A DNA stretch of 56,383 bases from a virus (Duplodnaviria > Caudoviricetes), in the IMG/VR virus record IMGVR_UViG_3300021185_001079, positions 1-56,383 of that record. One strand, given 5' to 3'. Shown here one piece after another: positions 29,756 through 38,944 of the stretch. Made by a program: the position numbers and the translations under genes. Numbering within the stretch: the first letter of the stretch is position 1; every line of letters starts with the position of its first letter. Below the pieces are notes generated by a model, which was given only the letters and a program-made list of their open reading frames with translations, had not been told where the DNA came from and did not search any database.

Positions 29756-30387
29756 TACATGACGAAGAAATTTTAGATATTGATTTTTTACGCAGCTATT
29801 ATATCGATCTAGATATAGTTGATGAAATATATAATACAGCAATAAACGAAAAGGAATTTTCTCAACCAGGCTTGAGTGGCGGAAGAATTCAACCTGAAGT
29901 AAAATCAAGTTTTGATCTTCGTCTAGATGACTACCCGAGGCTACATGAAAAATATATGCTTCAGTTGCAAAAATGTCTAGAAGCATATATGGACGATTAT
30001 CCGTGGTGCAACAATTATAATCCGTTTACAACAAAAGACTTTACAAACATTCAACGATACGAACCTGGACAAGGGTTTTCAGCATGGCATACCGAACGAG
30101 GTGGTGTTGACCCGGTTGAATGTAATAGACATTTAGTGTTTATGACATACCTAAATGATGTTACTGATGGTGGCGAAACAGAATGGTTACATCAAAATAT
30201 AAAGGTACGAGCCGCAAAAGGTCGAACAGTAATATGGCCAGCGGATTGGACATTTACTCACAGAGGGATAGCCTCTCCAACACAGGAAAAAGTTATAGTA
30301 ACAGGTTGGCTATCATATTATAGTAGAGAAGGAGATACAAATGAAAGCAGGAAAAATTTGGGGTCAGACAGAATTGGTCCACGCTAA
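29752..30387 (+). CDS. 2OG-Fe(II) oxygenase
   Basis: WHTE, FMTYLNDV, GGETEW, HRG and K-x-I-x-TGW. Confidence 0.85.
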   Translation: MIHDEEILDIDFLRSYYIDLDIVDEIYNTAINEKEFSQPGLSGGRIQPEVKSSFDLRLDDYPRLHEKYMLQLQKCLEAYMDDYPWCNNYNPFTTKDFTNIQRYEPGQGFSAWHTERGGVDPVECNRHLVFMTYLNDVTDGGETEWLHQNIKVRAAKGRTVIWPADWTFTHRGIASPTQEKVIVTGWLSYYSREGDTNESRKNLGSDRIGPR

Positions 30388-30706
30388 CGGCGTATTAGAA
30401 TTTCACCGTATTGAATATAAAGCAGGATTTAAATGTTCAGAACATGAGCATCAATTTAAATGGAATGGATTTTTTGTAGAGTCAGGAAAGATGCTTGTAC
30501 GAGTATGGCAAGATGATCAAGATCTAGTTGATGAAACCATTCTTGAAGCCGGACAGTTTACACAAGTAAAGCCCGGAAAGATACACCAGTTTGAAGGACT
30601 CGAAGACGGCGTAGCATTTGAGTTATACTGGGCAGAATTTAATCATGATGATATAGTGAGGCGTACCAGTGGAACCGTGGTTGAAAAAAGATCCAAAAAC
30701 AAATAG
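30341..30706 (+). CDS. Cupin domain protein
   Basis: KIWG, CSEHEH, VKPGKIHQF. Confidence 0.8.
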   Translation: MKAGKIWGQTELVHANGVLEFHRIEYKAGFKCSEHEHQFKWNGFFVESGKMLVRVWQDDQDLVDETILEAGQFTQVKPGKIHQFEGLEDGVAFELYWAEFNHDDIVRRTSGTVVEKRSKNK

Positions 30707-30962
30707 ACTAATACCAGGACAGCCTTTGATATACGAAAGAGCAAATGGTGTAGTTTATGCAAGGTATAGAGATCCACCACACAACAATATACCTCGTTGG
30801 GTAATTGGTGGTGATCCAGGTGCTGTTGCTCGGGCCCAAGGTAGGCTATTAGATTATAGTGAATGGTTAGCACTATGTGACTTAGTAGATGATAATCCAA
30901 CTCTTAAAAAATTAATGGATCAACTTATTACAACATACTACCTTATAAAGGAAGATCAATGA
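30669..30962 (+). CDS. Hypothetical protein
   Basis: ORF bridging the cupin and kdsA; start uncertain. Confidence 0.55.
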   Translation: MEPWLKKDPKTNRLIPGQPLIYERANGVVYARYRDPPHNNIPRWVIGGDPGAVARAQGRLLDYSEWLALCDLVDDNPTLKKLMDQLITTYYLIKEDQ

Positions 30963-31732
30963 GAATCATAGCAGGCCCATGTCAGCACGAAACACTTGGA
31001 CAGTCTGTTGCTATTGCAAGAGAATGCAAGCGTGTATGTGACAAACATAATATAGAATATATTTTCAAAGCAAGTTATGATAAAGCAAATCGAACAAGTG
31101 CTAATGGTATCCGAGGCATGGGAATGGATGCAACAATGAACGACTTCCGTGCAATTAAAGAAACTTTTAAAATTAAAACACTTACTGATGTACATGATTA
31201 CGTGCAAGTAAATCGAATCTCAAGAGAGTTTAACGATGCAGTTGATGTACTACAAATACCTGCATTCCTATGTAGACAGACTGATCTTATTACAGCGGCA
31301 TGTGCAACAGACAAAGTTGTAAATATTAAAAAAGGCCAGTTCTTAGCGCCTTGGGATATGCAAGGTGTGCTAAGTAAGACTACAGACGCTAAAGAAGTCT
31401 GGGTAACAGAGAGAGGAACTAGTTTTGGATATAATACCCTTGTTGTTGATTATTCAGGGATTGATTGGATGCTTAATAATCTTTGTGTTCCTATTGTGTT
31501 TGATTGTACACACTCTGCCCAAAAGCCCGGAGGGAAGGGTAGTAGTTCAGGCGGGAATCGTGATCTTGTTCCTGGGTTCGCTCGTAGCGGGTCTGCTTTC
31601 GGGATTTCAAATTTCTTCCTCGAAGTACACGAACTGCCTGATAACGCACCATCAGACGGTCCAAATATGCTTCAACTAGATAAATTTGAGGAGGTTGTAG
31701 ATGACATCGTCCGCTATTCTTATACCCGCTAG
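30959..31732 (+). CDS. kdsA: Kdo-8-phosphate synthase
   Basis: IAGPC, KASYDKANRTS, QIPAFLCRQTDL, NIKKGQF, ERG, DCTHS and SDGP. Confidence 0.95.
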   Translation: MRIIAGPCQHETLGQSVAIARECKRVCDKHNIEYIFKASYDKANRTSANGIRGMGMDATMNDFRAIKETFKIKTLTDVHDYVQVNRISREFNDAVDVLQIPAFLCRQTDLITAACATDKVVNIKKGQFLAPWDMQGVLSKTTDAKEVWVTERGTSFGYNTLVVDYSGIDWMLNNLCVPIVFDCTHSAQKPGGKGSSSGGNRDLVPGFARSGSAFGISNFFLEVHELPDNAPSDGPNMLQLDKFEEVVDDIVRYSYTR

Positions 31733-32396
31733 ATATCACAGCACACGCTTTCCAGGTAAGCCTCTATGTATGCTAGATGGCAAGACTATGATACAACGTG
31801 TAGTTGAAGCATGTAAGCAAACAGATTATGACGTATACGTGCTTACTGATCACAAGTTAATTGCACAAGCAGCCCAAGCCGCAGGCGCAGAGTTTTTTAT
31901 CGATAGTGAGACATATGAAAATGGCACTGAAAGAGTAGCAGGTGCAATACGTAGCCGTAAGTTCGACGAGTATGATCAGTTTGTAAACGTACAAGGTGAC
32001 ATGCCTGATGTAACACCGGAGTGTATTGATAAATGCATGTGGCACTTAAAAAACTATCAAGTGACAACAGTATTCACAGAGATGCCAGCAGCAATGCAAA
32101 ACGATCCTAACTCAGTTAAGTTAATTAGAGCTGGAGACCAAGCACTATGGTTTGGTAGAGGTATAACAGGTTACGGAGACTGGCACTTGGGCGTGTATGG
32201 ATATAAGAAAAATCCTTTACACTTGTACCATATATTAAATGTTACAAAAGAAGAACGTGTAGAAAAATTAGAACAACTGCGCTGGCTAAAAAGTGGTTGG
32301 CAAATTGGTTGTTTGAGTGTACAATTTAAAGGTACAGAGATAAACGCACCTGAGGACATTAAGACATGGCAGACAACGCACCAAAAGATAAACTAA
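31701..32396 (+). CDS. kdsB: CMP-Kdo synthetase
   Basis: IPARYHSTRFPGKPL, NGTER, NVQGD, HLGVY and EKLEQLRWL. Confidence 0.93.
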   Translation: MTSSAILIPARYHSTRFPGKPLCMLDGKTMIQRVVEACKQTDYDVYVLTDHKLIAQAAQAAGAEFFIDSETYENGTERVAGAIRSRKFDEYDQFVNVQGDMPDVTPECIDKCMWHLKNYQVTTVFTEMPAAMQNDPNSVKLIRAGDQALWFGRGITGYGDWHLGVYGYKKNPLHLYHILNVTKEERVEKLEQLRWLKSGWQIGCLSVQFKGTEINAPEDIKTWQTTHQKIN

Positions 32397-32833
32397 ATTT
32401 AAAACAAATATTCGGCTGTGTAGATATGAACTACAAAGGCGCCTGGAATGAGTTCTCAGATGAAGAAAAGAAAAGTGTTGCGTTTTGGTTACATAATCGA
32501 TACATTAGTAGTGTTGCTGGTAACCGTGCTAAACAAGAACGTGCAGTAGAATTAGTTAATGAGAACTTTAATAAAAACTTTAACGAAATTCAATCTAAAC
32601 ATAAACAATTGCTATGGCAGTCATTATGTACAGCCGGCGCAACAGGCAATATTGAGTTTCATCCGTGGATAGGTTTTAAAAAGAAAAAGAATGCAAAATC
32701 AAATAATAAAGCAGTAAAACTTTTTCAACAGTTATATCCTGCAATGAAACTTGACGATATTGATTTATTATCTACAATGTATACTGATAAGGAAGTTAAA
32801 GATCTTGCTGAGCAACTTAATATCAAAATTTAA
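32366..32833 (+). CDS. Possible clamp-loader small subunit (gp62-like)
   Basis: Size and helical pattern (WLHNRYISS, PWIGFKK) resemble gp62; weak. Confidence 0.4.
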   Translation: MADNAPKDKLNLKQIFGCVDMNYKGAWNEFSDEEKKSVAFWLHNRYISSVAGNRAKQERAVELVNENFNKNFNEIQSKHKQLLWQSLCTAGATGNIEFHPWIGFKKKKNAKSNNKAVKLFQQLYPAMKLDDIDLLSTMYTDKEVKDLAEQLNIKI

Positions 32834-33575
32834 AAAACCAAGTAACGATTTAGTTTTTTATACGCCAGTGACGCCTATAATGAAAATGTATCCTATTGAA
32901 CCGATGTCAAAGGTAAAGTTTGACTGGGTACCAAAAGTTCTGCAGGAATTTAAACAAGCACAAGAAATACCACATCCGGTCCCGTATACAACTATACGAA
33001 AATGTCCAGCAGTATTTGATATTTTAAAGACTGGGTACATTGTTCGACTTCCGTATGATATACACATTGATATAACACATACACCTGAATTTGAGTTTAG
33101 ATGGACAATTAAATCTGAACGCCTTAAAGATATTTCACTAGTACCTAATCTTGTTGATTCACAAAATCCGATAGCTGGACATAGGCGTCCGCACTCTGCA
33201 GATTCGGTATTAAAATTTTCTTTGCCATGGAGATGTAATGCGCCCAAAGGTGTAAAGATATTACATAGTCCGATACCGTATTCAGATACATATGATATTG
33301 AATCATGTATCGGCGTATGGGATCCAGAGCAGTCTCCGCAGTTAAATGTTCAAGCTTGGGTTAATCATCGTGAATCTAGTTTTACTATATTAGCCGGAAC
33401 GCCGATATGTCATCTTATTCCAATTACGGATCAAAAATTAAATTTAGTTGTAAGAGAACCAACACAGAAAGATATAGAATGGATACATCTAGAAGACTAT
33501 TACATATCGCACAAACTTCACTATGATCATAAAGCAACTAAAGAACTTTACCGTGAGCACTACTATGGCAAGTAA
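32751..33575 (+). CDS. Hypothetical protein, possibly dUTPase-like fold
   Basis: TIRKCPAVFD, LKFSLPW and AGTPICHLIP; start uncertain. Confidence 0.5.
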   Translation: MTILIYYLQCILIRKLKILLSNLISKFKKPSNDLVFYTPVTPIMKMYPIEPMSKVKFDWVPKVLQEFKQAQEIPHPVPYTTIRKCPAVFDILKTGYIVRLPYDIHIDITHTPEFEFRWTIKSERLKDISLVPNLVDSQNPIAGHRRPHSADSVLKFSLPWRCNAPKGVKILHSPIPYSDTYDIESCIGVWDPEQSPQLNVQAWVNHRESSFTILAGTPICHLIPITDQKLNLVVREPTQKDIEWIHLEDYYISHKLHYDHKATKELYREHYYGK

Positions 33576-34251
33576 ACCTTATGTATGTGAATATTGTAAA
33601 ACAGGTTATACACGAGAAAAAACTCTTGCTGTGCATATGTGCGAAAAGAAACGCCGTGCATTACAAAAAGATGAAAAAAGAGTTAGATTCGGTATGTATG
33701 CATTTCAGAGATTCTATAAGTTAAGTGCAGGTACTAAAAAAGAAAAAACGTATGAAGAGTTTTGCAAAAGCCAATATTATAATGCATTTGTAAAGTTTGG
33801 TAGTTTTGTTAATAATGTAAAACCTCTATATCCTGAGAAGTATATTGATCACGTAGTAACATCTGGTGTAAAACTTGACCATTGGTGTAAAGAAGAACTG
33901 TATGAAAAATATGCATTAGATGTTATCTTAAAAGAAGATGTTGCGACTGCGTTAGAACGCAGTGTAACAACAATGACAGAATGGGCGCAAGAACATCAAC
34001 CTGCACCATGGAATCATTACTTTCAGCATGTTAGTGCTAATCGAGCAGTATGGCATATCAAAGATGGTAAAGTATCGCCTTGGCTCATTTTGAATTGTAA
34101 GAGTGGTAAAGAAATGTTAAGTACATTCAATGACGAACATCTTGACTTAGTCTATCACGTTATCAACCCTGAACACTGGGCAATGCGTTTTAAGAGACAT
34201 CCGAAAGATGTTGAACTAGTAAAACAAGTTGCTACTGAAGCAAAATTATAA
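33565..34251 (+). CDS. Hypothetical protein with N-terminal zinc finger
   Basis: CEYC...HMC. Confidence 0.65.
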   Translation: MASKPYVCEYCKTGYTREKTLAVHMCEKKRRALQKDEKRVRFGMYAFQRFYKLSAGTKKEKTYEEFCKSQYYNAFVKFGSFVNNVKPLYPEKYIDHVVTSGVKLDHWCKEELYEKYALDVILKEDVATALERSVTTMTEWAQEHQPAPWNHYFQHVSANRAVWHIKDGKVSPWLILNCKSGKEMLSTFNDEHLDLVYHVINPEHWAMRFKRHPKDVELVKQVATEAKL

Positions 34252-34262
34252 AGGAATAAAAA

Positions 34263-34772
34263 ATGGAATTAGTATATCACCCTAGTAAACTATTAGAAAC
34301 ACGTTGTGATGAAATTGATATCGAAAATATTAATTTTAATCCTACGGAACTTAAAGACGAAATGATCGATTTTATGCGATCAAAAAACGGTATTGGTATG
34401 AGTGCTAACCAAATTGGTATTACTGATAAACGATTGTTTGTTATGACAGATAGACACGGCGGACAATCAATTATGTGTATGAATCCAACAGTAGCGCAGC
34501 ATACAACTGAACACATTGTAGTTGAGGAAGGTTGCATGAGCTTTCCAAATGTATGGATGAAAGTAAAACGTCCTAGAGAGATTCTTGTACATTTTTGGGA
34601 CGAAAATTGTGTAGAACAAATTTTTAAAATGGATGATGTAAATGCAAGAATCTATTTGCATGAAATGGATCATACATTAGGAATTACGTTTAAAGATCGA
34701 GTAACATCAGCTAAATGGGATTTAGCAAATCGTAAAGCAACAAAACTTAATAAACGATTGGCCAATGCATGA
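34263..34772 (+). CDS. def: Peptide deformylase
   Basis: GIGMSANQIG, EGCMS and HEMDH. Confidence 0.92.
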   Translation: MELVYHPSKLLETRCDEIDIENINFNPTELKDEMIDFMRSKNGIGMSANQIGITDKRLFVMTDRHGGQSIMCMNPTVAQHTTEHIVVEEGCMSFPNVWMKVKRPREILVHFWDENCVEQIFKMDDVNARIYLHEMDHTLGITFKDRVTSAKWDLANRKATKLNKRLANA

Positions 34773-34951
34773 CAGTACGAACACTCAAGGATGGATCTAC
34801 AGTTAAAGAGTTTGACAAAGCAATAACTCTTAGTGTTAGGACTAGAAGCCCTGAGAAGTGGAAACTAATTGATTTAGAAACAGGTGAAGAGTATATTGGT
34901 AATACACCAAACAACTCTCATTCGTTATCGTGGAATAAAATAAATGCCTGA
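34769..34951 (+). CDS. Hypothetical protein
   Basis: 60-aa ORF overlapping both neighbours (ATGA coupling). Confidence 0.6.
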   Translation: MTVRTLKDGSTVKEFDKAITLSVRTRSPEKWKLIDLETGEEYIGNTPNNSHSLSWNKINA

Positions 34952-35504
34952 TATTGATATTGACTTTGCTAATAGAGATATAATACTTTCTCAAATTAAG
35001 CATAGGGTTGCAAAATTAGATACTGAAAAGAAGCACAATACTGGCGTATATGTTACTGAGTGTCCACACAACCCAGTCAATAATCTTTCTACAATTGATT
35101 ATAAAACTGCAGAAGATCGAGGGTATTTTAAACTCGATTTTTTAAATGTCAGTATCTATAAAGATATCAAAAATGAAGAACACTTAACAACATTAATGAA
35201 AGGAGAACCTCTATGGCAACTACTGGAACACGCGGACTTCGTCGATCAAGTATTTCATCTAAGCGGGCACGCCGATCTCTTGAAGCAATTGAAGCCTACT
35301 TCCATAATCCAACTCGCCGCCGCTCTGAGCATCATACGACCAGCGAAGAGACACTTGGCGAATCAAGACTGGAATACTATACTGAACGAAGTATGGATAA
35401 AACCCACAAGTGGTGAATACTATTTCAAAAAAGCACATGCTGTTAGTTATGCAGCAGCATGCGTAGTACATATGAACTTAATTTGCGAACAGATTAATGA
35501 ATGA
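34944..35504 (+). CDS. Miniature DNA polymerase III alpha (DnaE)-like protein
   Basis: PDIDIDF, KHNTGV, FKLDFL, IIRP and FKKAHAVSY in DnaE order within 186 aa. Confidence 0.75.
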   Translation: MPDIDIDFANRDIILSQIKHRVAKLDTEKKHNTGVYVTECPHNPVNNLSTIDYKTAEDRGYFKLDFLNVSIYKDIKNEEHLTTLMKGEPLWQLLEHADFVDQVFHLSGHADLLKQLKPTSIIQLAAALSIIRPAKRHLANQDWNTILNEVWIKPTSGEYYFKKAHAVSYAAACVVHMNLICEQINE

Positions 35505-36123
35505 TATACATACACTAACATTTCCAAATAATAAAAAATTACTAATTGCCATTCCAAATAAGAACGGATCTAGTACAGCAATATCAATGATCGGTTTTCC
35601 GATAATGGGTGAATTTAAATATAGAAAAGAACGTAGGCCAATTATGCGTCAAAGCAATTGGCAAGAACGGTCGATCGATCGGATAGCAGTTGACGAATGG
35701 TATTCGTATACTATGCGCATTGCTATCTTGAGAGATCCTGTAAAAAGATTTGTAAGCTGCTACAATGATAGGATTGTAAACAAGAACAAACACGGTACTA
35801 GAGATTACGTAACAGATATTGAATATTTTATTGAAAACATAGATGAAATTTGTAGCAAGTCAACAGATATAAGAAATCACAGTCGAGCACAGTATTCATC
35901 TATCGGTCCTACAAATATGTATACTAATATATTTACATTAGAACAATTAGATACAGAATTTAAAACATTAATCGAACAGTATAGCGATACCGCTGATATT
36001 CCGTTATTTAGAAATAAGCATAGTAATAAAGCACCTAAATTAGAGCTAACAGACGATCAGACATCAAGGATACAAAATATATATTCAGTTGATTATCAGA
36101 TGTATGGAAGTTTTTTTACTTAG
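35497..36123 (+). CDS. Sulfotransferase (Sulfotransfer_2-like)
   Basis: KNGSST (5'-PSB), LRDPVKRFVSCY (3'-PB), HSRAQ and IYSVDY. Confidence 0.8.
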   Translation: MNDIHTLTFPNNKKLLIAIPNKNGSSTAISMIGFPIMGEFKYRKERRPIMRQSNWQERSIDRIAVDEWYSYTMRIAILRDPVKRFVSCYNDRIVNKNKHGTRDYVTDIEYFIENIDEICSKSTDIRNHSRAQYSSIGPTNMYTNIFTLEQLDTEFKTLIEQYSDTADIPLFRNKHSNKAPKLELTDDQTSRIQNIYSVDYQMYGSFFT

Positions 36124-36487
36124 TAGATTTTCGAACTAACTGTATAGCTTTACGTTTAATACGTTTTACTGACAAGTTATTTAAATTTACAGTTGGGCCT
36201 ACGGTAACATTTACGTCTTTTGAGTTCATTGTTATAATAATATATCTAAATTTTTCTAAATCTTTTTTAAGAAATATATTAATCGGAATCATTCTATTTG
36301 ATTCCCACCACCAAGTTTCGCCCAATTGTAAGAACTCTTGTTCTTGATGTTCGTCCTTAATATCAGTGTAGACATACATAGACGTCACCCACTGATCCTG
36401 GTTAATGATAATACCTACGTACTCATTACCGCCGTATTGTACGACACTTAAAAATGGAAAGTTCTCTTGGATATTCTTTAACAACAT
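36116..36487 (-). CDS. Hypothetical protein
   Basis: 123-aa ORF containing WWWESNRMIPI. Confidence 0.65.
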   Translation of the reverse strand: MLLKNIQENFPFLSVVQYGGNEYVGIIINQDQWVTSMYVYTDIKDEHQEQEFLQLGETWWWESNRMIPINIFLKKDLEKFRYIIITMNSKDVNVTVGPTVNLNNLSVKRIKRKAIQLVRKSTK

Positions 36488-36507
36488 TATTCTTTACTAA
36501 ATACAGT

Positions 36508-37284
36508 ATGCAACTTGTACCAAGATATTTATTAAAAAATCAAATAACTGTGACGGTTAATGAAGCAGGATTTACGACGGAGTATTCACCAGTGTATAGT
36601 AGACAAATAAAACTTTATAGAGGTATTAAAAATACCTTACAATTTAAAATGCTAAACGCAGATCAAAAGCCTGTAGATATTTCAAACTATACGCCGAAGT
36701 TCCTAGCATACGACGAAAACAAAACACTTATAGTAGATAGACTAGCAACAGTTACCGATGACGGAAGCACAACGACACGTGGTACATGTATTGTTGAAGT
36801 GTCTGATAGCGATTTACTTAACGTACAAGATCAGTTTATAACATATTCTATATTCTTATATGACGAAGTAAATGGTAGTACAATTACATATTCTGATACA
36901 GGATTTGGTAATACAGGTATTGCAGAAATAAGTTCAGAAGCATTTCCAGGCGTACAACCGACAACTGAACTAGTTTCGTTCTTTGAAAATAATGAAGAAT
37001 GGGTATCGAACAGTATTTCAGCTCAACCTGGAATAAATGGCAATTCAGCATTACATACAGCCGTATTTTATACAGACGGTTTTATTGGTGACATTATAGT
37101 TGAAGCTACATTAGATAACACCCTTAGTGCAGCTACAGGCTGGAGTGCTCTTCAAACAATAACTTGTACAGGTGCTGAAACAGAACCAATGCCTATAAAC
37201 TATTACGGTGTGTTTAATCATACCCGATTTAGAGTTACTGCTAACCCTGCAGAAAAGATTACAAAGGTATTAGTCAGAAACTAA
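36508..37284 (+). CDS. Probable virion structural protein (BppU-like N-terminus)
   Basis: TAAATA-N4-ATG; LYRGIKNTLQF...KPVDIS; beta-rich composition. Confidence 0.55.
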   Translation: MQLVPRYLLKNQITVTVNEAGFTTEYSPVYSRQIKLYRGIKNTLQFKMLNADQKPVDISNYTPKFLAYDENKTLIVDRLATVTDDGSTTTRGTCIVEVSDSDLLNVQDQFITYSIFLYDEVNGSTITYSDTGFGNTGIAEISSEAFPGVQPTTELVSFFENNEEWVSNSISAQPGINGNSALHTAVFYTDGFIGDIIVEATLDNTLSAATGWSALQTITCTGAETEPMPINYYGVFNHTRFRVTANPAEKITKVLVRN

Positions 37285-37312
37285 TTGACAAATACTATTG
37301 CGATGTTATAAT
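37285..37312 (+). promoter_or_regulatory. Sigma70 promoter of primase
   Basis: TTGACA-N16-TATAAT-N5-ATG with extended TG. Confidence 0.8.
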
Positions 37313-37317
37313 ATAGT

Positions 37318-38298
37318 ATGAGCATCGTATCCGATACATTGACTATATTCTTACCAGGCAAGCGTAAAACAACGCCTAGCGGATGGACTTCGTTTAATGC
37401 ACCATGCTGTGTGCATAACGGCGAGTCGGCAGATAAAAAAGCTCGTGGCGGATTAATAACAGAAGTTGACACAGTTAGCTATCATTGTTTCAATTGCGGA
37501 TATAAAGCAAGCTGGCAACCGGGAAGATCCTTTTCACATAAGATGAAAAAGCTATTTCAATGGCTTGGTGCACCGGATGATGTCATTACTAAAGTTGCAC
37601 TTGATGTAATGAGAGAGAACGAAGGTGTAGAAGTTCGAGAGCGCAAAATAGAAATACCTACTTTTCAAACAGTTCCACTTCCGCCAGATGCTGTAAAGAT
37701 TGCAGACATTACTGAATTTAATAAGTTTAGCATTGCTGTATTAGAATATATAGCTGCACGTAACTTAAACTTAGATGACACAACGTATTACTGGAGTTCT
37801 AGTCTTGCATATAGAGATAGAATTATTATTCCGTTTTATTTTGAAAAACGGATTGTAGGTTGGACAGCTAGAACTATAACAGTAGATAAAAAACCTAAGT
37901 ATATAAACGAGCAGCAGCCTGGGTTTGTATACGGCCTAGACAATCAAACGTTTGATAAGCAGTTTGCAATACTGTGTGAAGGACCAATCGATGCTATTCA
38001 TGTAGGCGGCTGCGCTATCGGCGGTAGTGAAGTTAATGATACCCAAGCATTACTGCTGAACAGGTTAACAAAAGATATCGTAGTTGTTCCTGATAGAGAT
38101 AGTGCAGGTAAGAAGTTAGTTGAAAGAGCAATCGATTTAGGATGGAGTGTTAGTTTACCAGATTGGACTTCGGACATAAATGATATCGGAGATTGCGTTA
38201 ATAAATACGGCAGACTATATGCACTGTATAGTATAGCATCAGCGGCAGAGAGCTCGCCACTAAAGATAAGACTGAAGGCAAAGAAATGGTTCGTTTAA
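37318..38298 (+). CDS. DNA primase
   Basis: Zn ribbon (NAPCC, YHCFNCG); TOPRIM motifs CEGPIDA and PDRDSAG. Confidence 0.9.
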   Translation: MSIVSDTLTIFLPGKRKTTPSGWTSFNAPCCVHNGESADKKARGGLITEVDTVSYHCFNCGYKASWQPGRSFSHKMKKLFQWLGAPDDVITKVALDVMRENEGVEVRERKIEIPTFQTVPLPPDAVKIADITEFNKFSIAVLEYIAARNLNLDDTTYYWSSSLAYRDRIIIPFYFEKRIVGWTARTITVDKKPKYINEQQPGFVYGLDNQTFDKQFAILCEGPIDAIHVGGCAIGGSEVNDTQALLLNRLTKDIVVVPDRDSAGKKLVERAIDLGWSVSLPDWTSDINDIGDCVNKYGRLYALYSIASAAESSPLKIRLKAKKWFV

Positions 38299-38480
38299 AG
38301 AAACGTATTTTAGATTACGCAATAACTACTAAACTGTTTTGGCGTATATGGCTTTGGTGGGGCATTAAGCAGGCTCGAATACGTAGAATAGAAAGTGAAC
38401 AGCGTTTGGCAGCAATGCCTAAACTTACATTAGAAGAGTATTGGGAGAAGATAAGCAATGACAGAGATAATTATATATAA
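38286..38480 (+). CDS. Hypothetical small protein
   Basis: 64-aa ORF overlapping the primase end. Confidence 0.45.
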   Translation: MVRLKKRILDYAITTKLFWRIWLWWGIKQARIRRIESEQRLAAMPKLTLEEYWEKISNDRDNYI

Positions 38481-38557
38481 CATACTATTCTGGGTACCAT
38501 ACATTTGGTTATGTAGTTTACCTGAAAGATTGATGGATTATGCTATGAAGGACGACA

Positions 38558-38905
38558 ATGGAAACTAATATTCTCAAAACAACACAGATGCTACAAGGTA
38601 ATAGCGCACAGCCTATGAACGAAGGCGACAAATCAGTACAGGGCAATTCTAAGAACATGCCTTTCAATGCACATACATTTCCTAATTCAGAGAATGTATC
38701 ACCGCCTGTAAACAAAGCAGCAGTACGTGTAGTGGAACCATCTACAAGAGCATCAGTTAGAATGAGTCCTACCGAACTATACCATAAGAAAAAAGAACTG
38801 CTAGAACACGAAATGCGACAAGGTATTATGGTAGAATATCTTAAGGATGGTTCAATTAAGCCACCTAAGATCGACACAGGCAGTTTAATTGATATCGACG
38901 TTTAA
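38558..38905 (+). CDS. Hypothetical protein
   Basis: AAGGA RBS; 115 aa; ends GSLIDIDV. Confidence 0.6.
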   Translation: METNILKTTQMLQGNSAQPMNEGDKSVQGNSKNMPFNAHTFPNSENVSPPVNKAAVRVVEPSTRASVRMSPTELYHKKKELLEHEMRQGIMVEYLKDGSIKPPKIDTGSLIDIDV

Positions 38906-38909
38906 TAGA

Positions 38910-38938
38910 TTGACAACTTTTTACTTTGAAAGTACAAT
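38910..38938 (+). promoter_or_regulatory. Sigma70 promoter of helicase
   Basis: TTGACA-N17-TACAAT-N6-ATG(38945). Confidence 0.75.
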
Positions 38939-38944
38939 ATGAGT

